A stretch of DNA of 64,000 nt from an uncultured Ferruginibacter sp. (GCA_964643315.1 CAZXSR010000003.1:88506-152505); one strand, 5' to 3'; positions 50,484 through 59,756 are shown, counted from the first letter of the stretch. Program-made: numbers and translations. Notes: a model not told the origin generated them from the sequence alone.

Positions 50484-52592
50484 TCAGGAAATTTTACCCC
50501 AACGAATTTTATCTTTCTTAGTGAGAATAAACTGTTTAACCGGCTGATTTTCATCCAACATTAATTCTGAATCTTTTTCCAGCATATTCCAGACTTCATC
50601 TTTCACGGCTTCCAACATAGGTTTATCATCCACCAAATTGGCCAATTTAAATTGAAGCGATCCACTTTGGCGGGTACCCTCCATTTCACCTGGTCCACGA
50701 AGTTCCAGATCTTTCTCAGCTATTCGAAAACCATCATTGGTATCGGTCATGATTTTCATTCTTTCTCTTGCTTCTGCTGATAACTTATTTCCGGTAAGCA
50801 ATATACAATAACTTTTTTCAGCACCTCTTCCTACCCTGCCTCTTAGCTGATGCAATTGAGATAATCCAAATTTTTCGGCACTTTCAATGACCATGACAGA
50901 GGCATTGGGCACATTAACACCCACCTCAATAACAGTAGTCGCAACCATGATTTGAGTATCACCCGAAACAAATCGCTGCATATTAATTTCTTTTTGATCG
51001 GATGGTTGTTTTCCGTGTACCATACTGATCCAGTAATTAGGCTCGGGGAAAAATGATTTTACCTCTTCATATCCTTTCATCAGATTTTCATAATCTACTT
51101 TGCTGCTTTCTTCTATCAAAGGATAGATAACGTAGGCCTGTCGGCCAAGTGTGATTTGCTGACGAATAAAATCCATGACACCCGGACGATGATTCTCAAA
51201 CTTATGCAAGGTGGTGATTGGTTTACGACCCGGTGGCAGCTCATCAATCACACTGTAATCGAGATCGCCGTATAATGTCAAAGCCAATGTGCGCGGAATA
51301 GGCGTTGCAGTCATCACAAGAATATGAGGCGGCATGGTATTTTTCTTCCAGAGCTTTGCACGCTGGGCCACACCAAATTTGTGTTGCTCATCAACTATGG
51401 CCAATCCAAGATTTTTAAACGCTACCTGATCTTCAAGCAAAGCATGCGTACCTACAATAAACAAAGCTTCGCCTGATACACATGCTTCGTGTATTTTTTT
51501 TCGTTCTTTGTTTGAAGTGGATCCGGTCAGTAAATACACCGGAATGGACATTGGGGCCAGCAACTCTGATAATGATTTATGATGCTGCTGAGACAAAATT
51601 TCTGTTGGGGCCATGAGTGCGCTTTGAAAACCATTATCTGCCGCCATCAACATGGTGAGAAGGGCTACGATTGTTTTTCCGCTTCCCACATCACCTTGTA
51701 ACAAACGATTCATTTGTTTACCGCTTGCGGTATCTTTTCTAATTTCTTTAAGTACTCTTTTTTGAGCATTGGTAAGAGCAAAAGGTAAGTGTAACTTGTA
51801 AAATGTGTTGAATAATGTATCAACCTTTTCAAATACCACACTGCGAACAGAAAGGTGTCTGTTTATTTTTACCAGTTGCACAGATAACTGCGCATAAAAC
51901 AACTCTTCAAATTTTAGTCGACGTATGGCTTGTTTGGAGGATGCTTCATCTGTTGGGTAATGAATCTGACACATGGCATCAAACCTTGACAAGAGCTTAT
52001 ATTTTTGAATAAGTTGAGCAGGTAAATTTTCCGGCAAGTCAGTCGGACTAATCTTTCGTATAAGCTCCTGCGTTAGTTTGGCAATCGCTTTGGCATTGAG
52101 TCCTTTTGATTTTAATTTTTCGGTAGTGCTGTATACCGGCTCAAAATGGGCTTTTCCTTGCGGGATAGTACCTGTAAAAATTTCTGTTTCCGGATGCGCC
52201 ATTTGCGGTCGCTGCATAAAAAAGCCGAGACGACCAAATACCAGCAAGGGCTGTCCGATTTTCAAAGATTTTCCAATCCATTGAATCCCCTGAAACCAAA
52301 CAAGTTCGAGTGTTCCGGTATCATCCTGCAATTGAGCGACCAGTCTTTTTGATCGTCTTTCTCCTAAAGTTTGAATGCCGTTTATTCTTCCAACAACCTG
52401 CGCATAGTCTCCTTCGGTTTTTTGTTGCAGTGATTTTATGCTGTCAATTCGGGACCGATCAACATGTCGGAAGGGATAATACTCCAGCAGGTCTTTGAAG
52501 GTAAACACCTGGATCTCTTTTCGGAGCAAGTCACCACGAATGGCGCTGACGCCATTAAGGTATTCGATGGGGCTGGAAAGGAGGTTACTCAC
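50484..52592 (-). CDS. recG: ATP-dependent DNA helicase RecG
   Basis: RLKFEE, RLLQGDVGSGKT, IVDEQHKFG, MTATPIPRTL, LHQLRGRVGRG, DLELRGPGE; GTG start. Confidence 0.97.
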   Translation of the reverse strand: MSNLLSSPIEYLNGVSAIRGDLLRKEIQVFTFKDLLEYYPFRHVDRSRIDSIKSLQQKTEGDYAQVVGRINGIQTLGERRSKRLVAQLQDDTGTLELVWFQGIQWIGKSLKIGQPLLVFGRLGFFMQRPQMAHPETEIFTGTIPQGKAHFEPVYSTTEKLKSKGLNAKAIAKLTQELIRKISPTDLPENLPAQLIQKYKLLSRFDAMCQIHYPTDEASSKQAIRRLKFEELFYAQLSVQLVKINRHLSVRSVVFEKVDTLFNTFYKLHLPFALTNAQKRVLKEIRKDTASGKQMNRLLQGDVGSGKTIVALLTMLMAADNGFQSALMAPTEILSQQHHKSLSELLAPMSIPVYLLTGSTSNKERKKIHEACVSGEALFIVGTHALLEDQVAFKNLGLAIVDEQHKFGVAQRAKLWKKNTMPPHILVMTATPIPRTLALTLYGDLDYSVIDELPPGRKPITTLHKFENHRPGVMDFIRQQITLGRQAYVIYPLIEESSKVDYENLMKGYEEVKSFFPEPNYWISMVHGKQPSDQKEINMQRFVSGDTQIMVATTVIEVGVNVPNASVMVIESAEKFGLSQLHQLRGRVGRGAEKSYCILLTGNKLSAEARERMKIMTDTNDGFRIAEKDLELRGPGEMEGTRQSGSLQFKLANLVDDKPMLEAVKDEVWNMLEKDSELMLDENQPVKQFILTKKDKIRWGKIS

Positions 52593-52616
52593 GAATCAGG
52601 ATTAAAATGATTTATG

Positions 52617-52624
52617 CAAAGATA
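52617..52624 (-). promoter_or_regulatory. -7 promoter element for recG
   Basis: TATCTTTG on minus strand, 24 nt before GTG. Confidence 0.6.
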
Positions 52625-52719
52625 AAAAGAGGCGGTGAATGAAATGAATGGGTAAATAAACTAAAAACTATTGAAAACCAATGATTTCGTAATATTGCAA
52701 TATTACATTTCATTAATTA

Positions 52720-52758
52720 CAAAAAAATGAAAAAGCCGTCTTTCGACGGCTCTTTCAT
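52720..52758 (-). terminator. Intrinsic terminator after SprB-repeat T9SS gene
   Basis: ATGAAAAAGCCGTC-TTTC-GACGGCTCTTTCAT stem; T tract on minus strand. Confidence 0.8.
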
Positions 52759-52784
52759 TTCAGTAAGGTAAGACAGGCTTTTAA

Positions 52785-55700
52785 TTAGTGCTTAACAACC
52801 AATTTAGATGTAGTTGTCTGGCCTCCTTTGGTTATTTTAACCAGGCAAGTTTGACTTTGAATATCACTTACAACCATCGATACAGTTGTTCTTGAAGCAT
52901 TCAATACTACTTTTTGTGTCTTCAAAAGACGACCTGATAAATCGTACAAGTTGATGATGGCAGTTTCTCCGGCATTACCCTCTACAAAAACATTTGTTGA
53001 AGTAGTTGCAGGGTTCGGGAACATGTTTGCAGCAATCATGCTTGACAATCTGCCCCCTTGTGTAGTTGGCTGAGTAGCTGTACAAGTCAAGTTACCATTA
53101 TCAACCCCAACACCATCATAGTTTAAGTTGATATTTGCCAAAGCAACACCCAATTGAGCATTCGTGAATGAAGTTGCACAACCACCAATCAATTTGTTTG
53201 CTTCAGCAATGATTTGATTTACAGTCATTCCTATGAAGGGAGCGCTCTGATAATACATGCTTCCCAACACATTGTCACCAGATGCAAATGAAGCGTTTGC
53301 TGCATCAAAACCAACACTCAAAGTTGCAGCCAATAACTGACCAACCAGGTTGCTGTTAAATACTGCATTACTTGGGTTGGTTAGTGTACCATTAGGTAAC
53401 AAGTAGTTATTGGTGCCGGCAGGTAACCAGTTGGTAATTGCTTGTGGAGTGGTGAATTTAACCAGATTACTGCCACAACCTAAAGTAATACCATTAGGGA
53501 ATGAAGATGCAAAATTAGCATGCAAATACACTTTTGCAGGGTTATTGGTAGCACCCCATCCACCTTGGGAGAAAGTTGTTAAAGGCACACAATTTGCAGT
53601 ACCCGCAATATAAATCACAGCATAAGAAGTATCGCACATGCTGTTGCAGTCGCATATCTTGTAGTAGAATGTATCCAATCCTGTAAATCCGTTAGCCGGC
53701 GTGTAGGTATAGTCTCCATTAGACTGTACTGTAACTGTACCATGATGTGGATTTGAAACCAATGACCACATATTATTTGGACACTGTGGATTTGGTGTAT
53801 CGTTATTTTTCAGAGTTCCATTAACTGGTGTATTAGGCGGTGTTGTAGTTGAATCCGGAGAAGCAACAGGTCCGTTGATACAACGAATTGTATCAATTGC
53901 AGATGATCCTGTACAACCTTTTGAGTCTACGATTGCTACATACACTGCACTATTTGGACAAAGCTCAGAAGCTGTACTTGTTGTTTGAGAAGCTGCAACC
54001 GATCCATTGATTGTCCAAGTGTAAGTATATGGAGCAGTTCCTCCTGATGTTACAGACACCGTAGCTGAACCATCACAGATAGCATCTCCACAACGACTAT
54101 CAGGTGTGGTGTTCAAGTTTAATTGCATAGACTCAGGTTCAACAATGGTTTCAGAGCCATTTTGTGAACAACCGTTAGCATCAGTAATTGTCCATTCGTA
54201 TGTACCTGCAGACAAGTTCAAATATTTATCCGGGCTTGATGTAGGATTAGAAACAGATCCATTGAAGTTCAATGAGTAAGGTGTAACACCACCAGCAAAA
54301 CTAATTACTACAGCACCATTGCTTCCTCTTGCACAAGTGATATCGTTATGTATGCTTGAAGCAACCAAAGCCTCAGGTTCTGTAATTTCAACAGTTCCGG
54401 TTTTAACACATCCATTCGCATCGACAATGGTCCAATTGTATGATCCGACAGACAAATTATTGTATGCTGCAGGAGAAGTTTGACTAACTAAACCAGGTAT
54501 AGAAGGAAGTGCGACATTAGTTGTGATGACTGCTGTGTTGAAATCTACATCAGTCAATAAAGTTTCTGATGAATTACCGAATAAAGTTTCTCCAAAGGTG
54601 AATACATATCCTTTAGGAGATCCATTACTGATATCGATGAATACATCTCCTTCTTCAGCTTGGGGAGCAGGAGGAGCAGGTGTATTATTCACAAAGCTAA
54701 CAGAGTAAGGTCCAGTACCACCTTCGAAGGTAAGTGTAACGCTTCCGTTGTTTCCACCATTACAAGAAACATTAGTATGCTCTTCATTAGCAGATATTTC
54801 AGTAGGCTCTTCAACTGATTCAGAACCTGATTGAGAACATCCGTTGGCATCTGTAACTGTCCAGCTGTAAGAACCCGCAGAAAGTGAACTGTAAGATACA
54901 GGAGACGTTTGTTCGGAAGCTTCACCTCCGTTAAAACTCACTGTGTAAGGTGCAGTACCGCCACTAAAGCTAACAGATACAGACCCTTCAGTACCACCAT
55001 GACATGCGTTATTGGTATGATCATCTGTAGCAACTAAAGCAGATGGCTCTTCTACTGACTCAGAACCTGATTGAGTACATCCGTTAGCATCTGTAACTGT
55101 CCAGCTGTAAGAACCTGCAGACAATGAGCTATATAAAGCAGGTGAAGTTTGAGCAGTGGCCTCTCCACCATTGAAACTAACTGTGTAAGGAGCTGTACCA
55201 CCGCTGAAGCTGAGTGATACCGATCCGTCAGTACCACCATTACATTTTACATTAGCATGATCATCTGATGCTTCTAATACAGATGGTTCGCCTACTGTTT
55301 CTGAACCTGATTTCGTACAACCATTTGCATCAGTTACAACCCAACTGTATGAACCAGCTGACAATGAGCTATAAACAGCAGGTGAAGTTTGTGCAACAGC
55401 AGCTCCACCATTGAAAGCAACGGTGTATGGTGCAGTACCGCCATTGAAGCTAACAGTTACAGATCCGTCAGAACCGCGGTTACATTTTACATCAGCATGA
55501 TCATCTGAAACTGAAAGTTCAGAAGGTTGTGTAATTGTGTTGGTGCAAGTTGTTACTTTACCAACTGCGTCTGTTATGGTAACAGTGTAGGTGCCAGGAG
55601 CAAGATTAGAAACTGAACTAACATTTCCTGCACCTTGTATGTTCCAAGAATAAGTGTAAGGACAAGTTCCTGAAGTAACAGAAACATTTATAGAACCATT

Positions 55701-56360
55701 ATTCGCACCAAAACAAGTAATGTTTCTTGGTTCACAATTGGCAACTAAGGGTGGACATACGAGGAAAGACCCTGAAATTACTCCATTGTCATAGTTTTTA
55801 TTGATATTATCCATGGCAGTTACATACTCACTCAATGTTTTGTTCATTGCCGTGCAGCCACCAATTTTTGCATTTGCATTATCAAAAAGTTGTTGAACAG
55901 TCATTCCAGAAAAAGGACCACTTGCGATCACAAGATTGCTTAAATTGGCACAAGAAGCACCAAATGAAGGTAGCGCTTGGTCAAATCCAATATTGAGCGC
56001 TAATGCAACCAATTGACCTGCCATTACATTGCTGTATGAAGTTTTTGTGGGATTGGTTAAGGTACCAGCAGGCAATACCGCAGCAGTACCTCCGTTAGGA
56101 AGGAATGCTCTTACGGCACTCGGACTGGTAAATACAAACTTGTTGTTACAACCGATGGTTAATCCATTTGGGAAAGCCGTTGAGAAACCATTGTTAAGGA
56201 TGGTTCCCGGATTGTTACCATTTGGAGTAGAACCCCAACCACCTTGTGTGAAGGTTTTGAATCCAGGGCAAGAAGACTGAGCCACAGCATTAGTTTGTAC
56301 TAAACAAACTGTGAGCACCAACTGTAATACATACAGTGAAAAACGAAAATGACGTTGCAT
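52785..56360 (-). CDS. T9SS type A cargo with seven SprB-like repeats, an Ig-like domain and a duplicated uncharacterised domain
   Basis: Signal peptide; C.G..DG.....GGTAPY...TVTDANGC repeats; PHHGTV...YTYTP..GFTGLDTFYY Ig-like domain; MFPNP...KLVVKH CTD. Confidence 0.9.
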   Translation of the reverse strand: MQRHFRFSLYVLQLVLTVCLVQTNAVAQSSCPGFKTFTQGGWGSTPNGNNPGTILNNGFSTAFPNGLTIGCNNKFVFTSPSAVRAFLPNGGTAAVLPAGTLTNPTKTSYSNVMAGQLVALALNIGFDQALPSFGASCANLSNLVIASGPFSGMTVQQLFDNANAKIGGCTAMNKTLSEYVTAMDNINKNYDNGVISGSFLVCPPLVANCEPRNITCFGANNGSINVSVTSGTCPYTYSWNIQGAGNVSSVSNLAPGTYTVTITDAVGKVTTCTNTITQPSELSVSDDHADVKCNRGSDGSVTVSFNGGTAPYTVAFNGGAAVAQTSPAVYSSLSAGSYSWVVTDANGCTKSGSETVGEPSVLEASDDHANVKCNGGTDGSVSLSFSGGTAPYTVSFNGGEATAQTSPALYSSLSAGSYSWTVTDANGCTQSGSESVEEPSALVATDDHTNNACHGGTEGSVSVSFSGGTAPYTVSFNGGEASEQTSPVSYSSLSAGSYSWTVTDANGCSQSGSESVEEPTEISANEEHTNVSCNGGNNGSVTLTFEGGTGPYSVSFVNNTPAPPAPQAEEGDVFIDISNGSPKGYVFTFGETLFGNSSETLLTDVDFNTAVITTNVALPSIPGLVSQTSPAAYNNLSVGSYNWTIVDANGCVKTGTVEITEPEALVASSIHNDITCARGSNGAVVISFAGGVTPYSLNFNGSVSNPTSSPDKYLNLSAGTYEWTITDANGCSQNGSETIVEPESMQLNLNTTPDSRCGDAICDGSATVSVTSGGTAPYTYTWTINGSVAASQTTSTASELCPNSAVYVAIVDSKGCTGSSAIDTIRCINGPVASPDSTTTPPNTPVNGTLKNNDTPNPQCPNNMWSLVSNPHHGTVTVQSNGDYTYTPANGFTGLDTFYYKICDCNSMCDTSYAVIYIAGTANCVPLTTFSQGGWGATNNPAKVYLHANFASSFPNGITLGCGSNLVKFTTPQAITNWLPAGTNNYLLPNGTLTNPSNAVFNSNLVGQLLAATLSVGFDAANASFASGDNVLGSMYYQSAPFIGMTVNQIIAEANKLIGGCATSFTNAQLGVALANINLNYDGVGVDNGNLTCTATQPTTQGGRLSSMIAANMFPNPATTSTNVFVEGNAGETAIINLYDLSGRLLKTQKVVLNASRTTVSMVVSDIQSQTCLVKITKGGQTTTSKLVVKH
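54370..55520 (-). repeat. 240-bp intragenic tandem repeats (80-aa SprB units)
   Basis: Equivalent positions at 55501, 55261, 55021 and 54781; the last unit carries a ~63-codon insertion. Confidence 0.9.
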
Positions 56361-56507
56361 TTTTTTTAATTAAGGGTTAAAAAAAGAAATTATAAAAACT
56401 TTTATCCTTTGGGGGATGCATTTCTGTGGTCAGAATCGTGGAGGTTGATGTCAATGAAACCACATTTAAAAAAGAGAAAATTTAAACGTTTGAAACATTA
56501 ACAGGCA

Positions 56508-56538
56508 CAAAAGTATATTGTTGATTTGAAATTACTAA
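56508..56538 (-). promoter_or_regulatory. Promoter for SprB-repeat gene
   Basis: Minus strand TTAG (56535-56538), 19-nt spacer, TACTTTTG (56508-56515); implies ~140-nt leader. Confidence 0.6.
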
Positions 56539-56668
56539 GTATTTTTACTGATTTTTTTTAGTAGTTTTTGCAAGTATACTGAAGAAAAGTACGAATATAT
56601 ATTATTTTTTTAACTTTTTGTTTTAAGTATATTGTTTTACAATACATTACGCTTATAATTTTACTTTT

Positions 56669-57397
56669 ATGGTATGTTTTTTTAAAAAAAAAATTAGTTT
56701 TCTTTTTTATTTTTTTGTTACCGCGCTTTTTTTCAGCATGCTTTTTTTCTCTTTAGACTGTATTTCATGTGTAAATCACCATAAAATTGCTGTTTCAAAA
56801 AATATCAATTTCATAGAGTCTGCTTTAAACAAAAAAAACAATCTTCAAGACAGTCAGCCACTGAAAATTGATACCTTAATAATTGGCGGTGGTTGCTTTT
56901 GGTGTATGGAAGCAATTTTTCAACAAACAAATGGGGTATTAACTGTAAAATCTGGATATGCAGGTGGAGATGTTTCAAATCCTACCTATGAAGAAGTGTG
57001 TAGTGGCCGTACCGGTCATGCCGAAGTCATTCAAATTATTTTTGATGAAAGTCATTTGAGTATGTACGATTTGTTACAAATCTTTTTCTCTTTGCATGAT
57101 CCTACTACATTAAATCAACAAGGTGCTGATGTAGGTGATCAGTATCGCTCCGTCATTTTTTACAGAAATAAACAACAAAAGAATTTAGCCATAAAAGTTA
57201 TCAAGCAACTGGATGCCGAACATATTTTTGATGCAAAAATTGTCACGGAAGTTTCTGCCTTCAGCACATTTTATCCGGCCGAAGATTATCATCAAAATTA
57301 TTATAACCGTAATAAATACAAAGGTTATTGTCGAATGGTTATTCTTCCCAAATTGGAGAAGTTTGAAAAGTTATTTCAAAAATTTAAACGAAACTAG
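56669..57397 (+). CDS. msrA: Peptide-methionine (S)-S-oxide reductase with N-terminal hydrophobic extension
   Basis: GGGCFWC, GYAGG, YEEVCSGRTGHAE, HDPT, GDQYRS, AEDYHQNY; true start uncertain. Confidence 0.93.
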   Translation: MVCFFKKKISFLFYFFVTALFFSMLFFSLDCISCVNHHKIAVSKNINFIESALNKKNNLQDSQPLKIDTLIIGGGCFWCMEAIFQQTNGVLTVKSGYAGGDVSNPTYEEVCSGRTGHAEVIQIIFDESHLSMYDLLQIFFSLHDPTTLNQQGADVGDQYRSVIFYRNKQQKNLAIKVIKQLDAEHIFDAKIVTEVSAFSTFYPAEDYHQNYYNRNKYKGYCRMVILPKLEKFEKLFQKFKRN

Positions 57398-57398
57398 C

Positions 57399-58040
57399 TC
57401 AAGGTATCAGCGCATTTTTCTTCATATCCGCTGTGATGAGTTTTCCGTATTCATGTGCCAGCTTCTCAGTAGAAGCAGGATCAAAACTTTTGGTCTGCAC
57501 AGAATAAATAAGCTCTTTGGTCTTGGCATCATATAAATTACTTTCCCAAAAATAATCTGTGCTTTGTGAATAATAACCCGGTTCATAGATACGGTCATAC
57601 ACCGCATGATAATAACCCCAAAATTGGCGATGATATACCATATAGGGTGAATAATAAACACGCCCGGGCACGTAGTATTTTTCTTTTTGCTTATTAAGCA
57701 GTACGATTGTTAGGATACCATCTATGTTGGGTTGCTGTAAATATTCCAAAACGGCTTCTTCAGATTTTCCCTCCAAAGCTTTTGGACCCAGCAATGGCAT
57801 AGCCGCATAAGCTTTTATCCCTCTACTCATCAAATCATTAACTAGATGATTTTCCATGTTACTTTGTAACGCATGATTCTGTTGATTTACGATTGCCACA
57901 ACTAAAATATCATGGTATGAGTTAACTGCTACTGAGCTTTTCCAACTATATGATATTCGTGTAGCAGGTCCACATTTAATGAATAAAATGATACAACACA
58001 AAACGAAAATTATGGCTAATCGAGCAGACTTCATCACCAT
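57399..58040 (-). CDS. Hypothetical lipoprotein (DUF4136-like)
   Basis: Lipoprotein-like signal (FIKC), Tyr-rich loop (YYVPGRVYYSPY...YYHAVY), ESNLYD. Confidence 0.65.
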   Translation of the reverse strand: MVMKSARLAIIFVLCCIILFIKCGPATRISYSWKSSVAVNSYHDILVVAIVNQQNHALQSNMENHLVNDLMSRGIKAYAAMPLLGPKALEGKSEEAVLEYLQQPNIDGILTIVLLNKQKEKYYVPGRVYYSPYMVYHRQFWGYYHAVYDRIYEPGYYSQSTDYFWESNLYDAKTKELIYSVQTKSFDPASTEKLAHEYGKLITADMKKNALIP

Positions 58041-58486
58041 ATTGTAGGTTGCTCCCTTTTCTGCATCTGAATAAAATGGCGAATCTCATCCGAAAACTGT
58101 CCTAATATATTTTCCATTTCACCATCACTGATATGTTCATGTAATATTTGAAAAATGATTCCAACTCGCTGTTTGGCTTTTTCGTCATTTCCCAAATCAT
58201 AAGCAGCAGTTGCTCCATCAATACTTCGAATTTCATCGAGGAATTCATGCAGATGACGTATACGTTCAAAAACTTGAGGCAATTTCCAACCATCTACATA
58301 CACTCCTTTCAAAGCCATAGGCAATTGTGCCAATAAATGAAAGGATTCTTCGATGGTGAGTCTATTGCGCAATGCATGGAGTGTTGCTTTTAGTATGCGT
58401 CCTGCCTGTTCTCCCGGCATTTCTCCCAATTGCGCAATCTTGTTGATCCATTCATTGCCTTTGGCGGCAAATTTTTCAAATTGCAT
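58034..58486 (-). CDS. DUF2267 family protein
   Basis: LKATLHALRNRL...AQLP...GW...EFL pattern; ATG directly follows dodecin TAG. Confidence 0.8.
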   Translation of the reverse strand: MQFEKFAAKGNEWINKIAQLGEMPGEQAGRILKATLHALRNRLTIEESFHLLAQLPMALKGVYVDGWKLPQVFERIRHLHEFLDEIRSIDGATAAYDLGNDEKAKQRVGIIFQILHEHISDGEMENILGQFSDEIRHFIQMQKREQPTIW

Positions 58487-58723
58487 CTACTTTGCTTTTT
58501 TCTTATTGGATGTTGTTGTGGTTAAATCAATTTCAAAACTGAGCCGGGCTGTAACCCGATACTCAATAATTTTATTATTGCTCACTATGGCACTTTGATC
58601 CTGTATCCATACAGACCTAATGTTATGAAGGGTTTTAGATGCGTGCAAAACTGCCGTCTGCGCCGCATCTTCCCAACTCTTGGTGGAATTGGACATGACT
58701 TCCAATACTTTTACGATACTCAT
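58487..58723 (-). CDS. Dodecin family protein
   Basis: KVLEVMSNSTKSWEDAAQTAV...YRVTARLSFEI. Confidence 0.88.
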   Translation of the reverse strand: MSIVKVLEVMSNSTKSWEDAAQTAVLHASKTLHNIRSVWIQDQSAIVSNNKIIEYRVTARLSFEIDLTTTTSNKKKAK

Positions 58724-58731
58724 ATAAAAAA

Positions 58732-58852
58732 GGTTTAATGATGGTTTAATGTGGGTTAAATGATGGTTTAATTGAGTTCAAGGTTCAAGTTGATAGTTAG
58801 AATTTTTTCGAGTTATGAGGATTTAATGACGGTTTAATTTTGGTTTAATAGC
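58732..58852. repeat. Two clusters of 11-bp tandem direct repeats
   Basis: GGTTTAATGAT GGTTTAATGTG GGTTAAATGAT GGTTTAATTGA (58732-58775); GATTTAATGAC GGTTTAATTTT GGTTTAATAGC (58820-58852). Confidence 0.8.
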
Positions 58853-58885
58853 ATATCAGGCAAGGCTAAAGTCTTATGCAGATTA

Positions 58886-58987
58886 CTTTGCGACCTTTGC
58901 GTGCCTCATTGCGGACTTTGCGTTAAAGAAAAAAACGCAAAGCACGCCAAGCCCCGATAGGCATCGGGATCGCAAAGAGACACAAAG
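58886..58987. repeat. CTTTGCG/CGCAAAG inverted-repeat element with nested hairpin
   Basis: Three CTTTGCG then CGCAAAG, CGCCAAG, CGCAAAG, CACAAAG; nested CCCGAT-AGGC-ATCGGG. Confidence 0.75.
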
Positions 58988-59041
58988 AGTTTTTGGTCTA
59001 ATATGAATATATTGAGTTGATTGAAAATTTCAGGTTATATC

Positions 59042-59434
59042 CTAATTGTCTTGACTACATTTTTGGCTTTGCACTTCTTTGCTAAATGTCCTAAACATTC
59101 TTTTAAAAAATCTTTTCGATGGCCGGAGGATTATCTCATACTTGAATTTCCATACAATAATTAAAATGAATAACAATAACAAAGAAGAAAGTGACAAACT
59201 TAATCCGATACTATTAGTCCATTCCAACATATAAAATCCAAACGATAAAATTGCCAATAGTAAAAGGATGAATAAAAACAAACTAAAAAGAATCAAGAAA
59301 TATACATGCGCAAAGAATAAAGAAATCCAATCAATAATTTCTGATCTCAATAATTGCGATCTTAATGAAATTATCTCTCGTAAATCCTTCCACACGTCCT
59401 TCCACTCATCCTTAAAACGGGATATCACACTCAT
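59042..59434 (-). CDS. Two-TM membrane protein, phage-holin-like/YqjE-like
   Basis: Two hydrophobic segments; TGATG overlap with ytxH-like gene; family inferred from size and context. Confidence 0.6.
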   Translation of the reverse strand: MSVISRFKDEWKDVWKDLREIISLRSQLLRSEIIDWISLFFAHVYFLILFSLFLFILLLLAILSFGFYMLEWTNSIGLSLSLSSLLLLFILIIVWKFKYEIILRPSKRFFKRMFRTFSKEVQSQKCSQDN

Positions 59435-59670
59435 CAGGATCTTTCATTGATGGCTTCCAGTCTTTCTTTGATTCCTTCTTTGATGGCAGTAATATTATCT
59501 CTACTTTTTTGCCAAGAGTCTTTCACGTTTTCAGAAAAGCGATTTCCACCTTCCCTTATTTTTTTCCTGGTTTCACTTCCCTTATCAGGCGCAAATAACA
59601 CACCTAATATCGTTCCCACTGCAGCACTTCCCAATGCTACCCACAACAATTGTTTTGTTTGCTTTTCCAT
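59434..59670 (-). CDS. YtxH-domain protein
   Basis: GTILGVLFAPDKGSETRKKI signature. Confidence 0.9.
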   Translation of the reverse strand: MEKQTKQLLWVALGSAAVGTILGVLFAPDKGSETRKKIREGGNRFSENVKDSWQKSRDNITAIKEGIKERLEAINERS

Positions 59671-59756
59671 ATATTTTTTTTAGACCAGCAATTTAATTTT
59701 TGAATGCAAAAAATAAAATGACTTAAAGTTGTCTTTAGAGTGACTTTATACAAAAT

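Noticed and set aside
54781-55520. Regular repeats as a possible CRISPR array
   Set aside because: In-frame 240-bp protein repeats with no repeat-spacer structure and no cas genes.
58732-58987. Intergenic repeats as CRISPR or IS ends
   Set aside because: Units of 7-11 bp are too short, with no unique spacers, transposase or target-site duplication.
59042-59434. Holin-like gene as prophage evidence
   Set aside because: No endolysin, integrase or structural genes; YtxH plus holin-like pairs are ordinary chromosomal stress genes.
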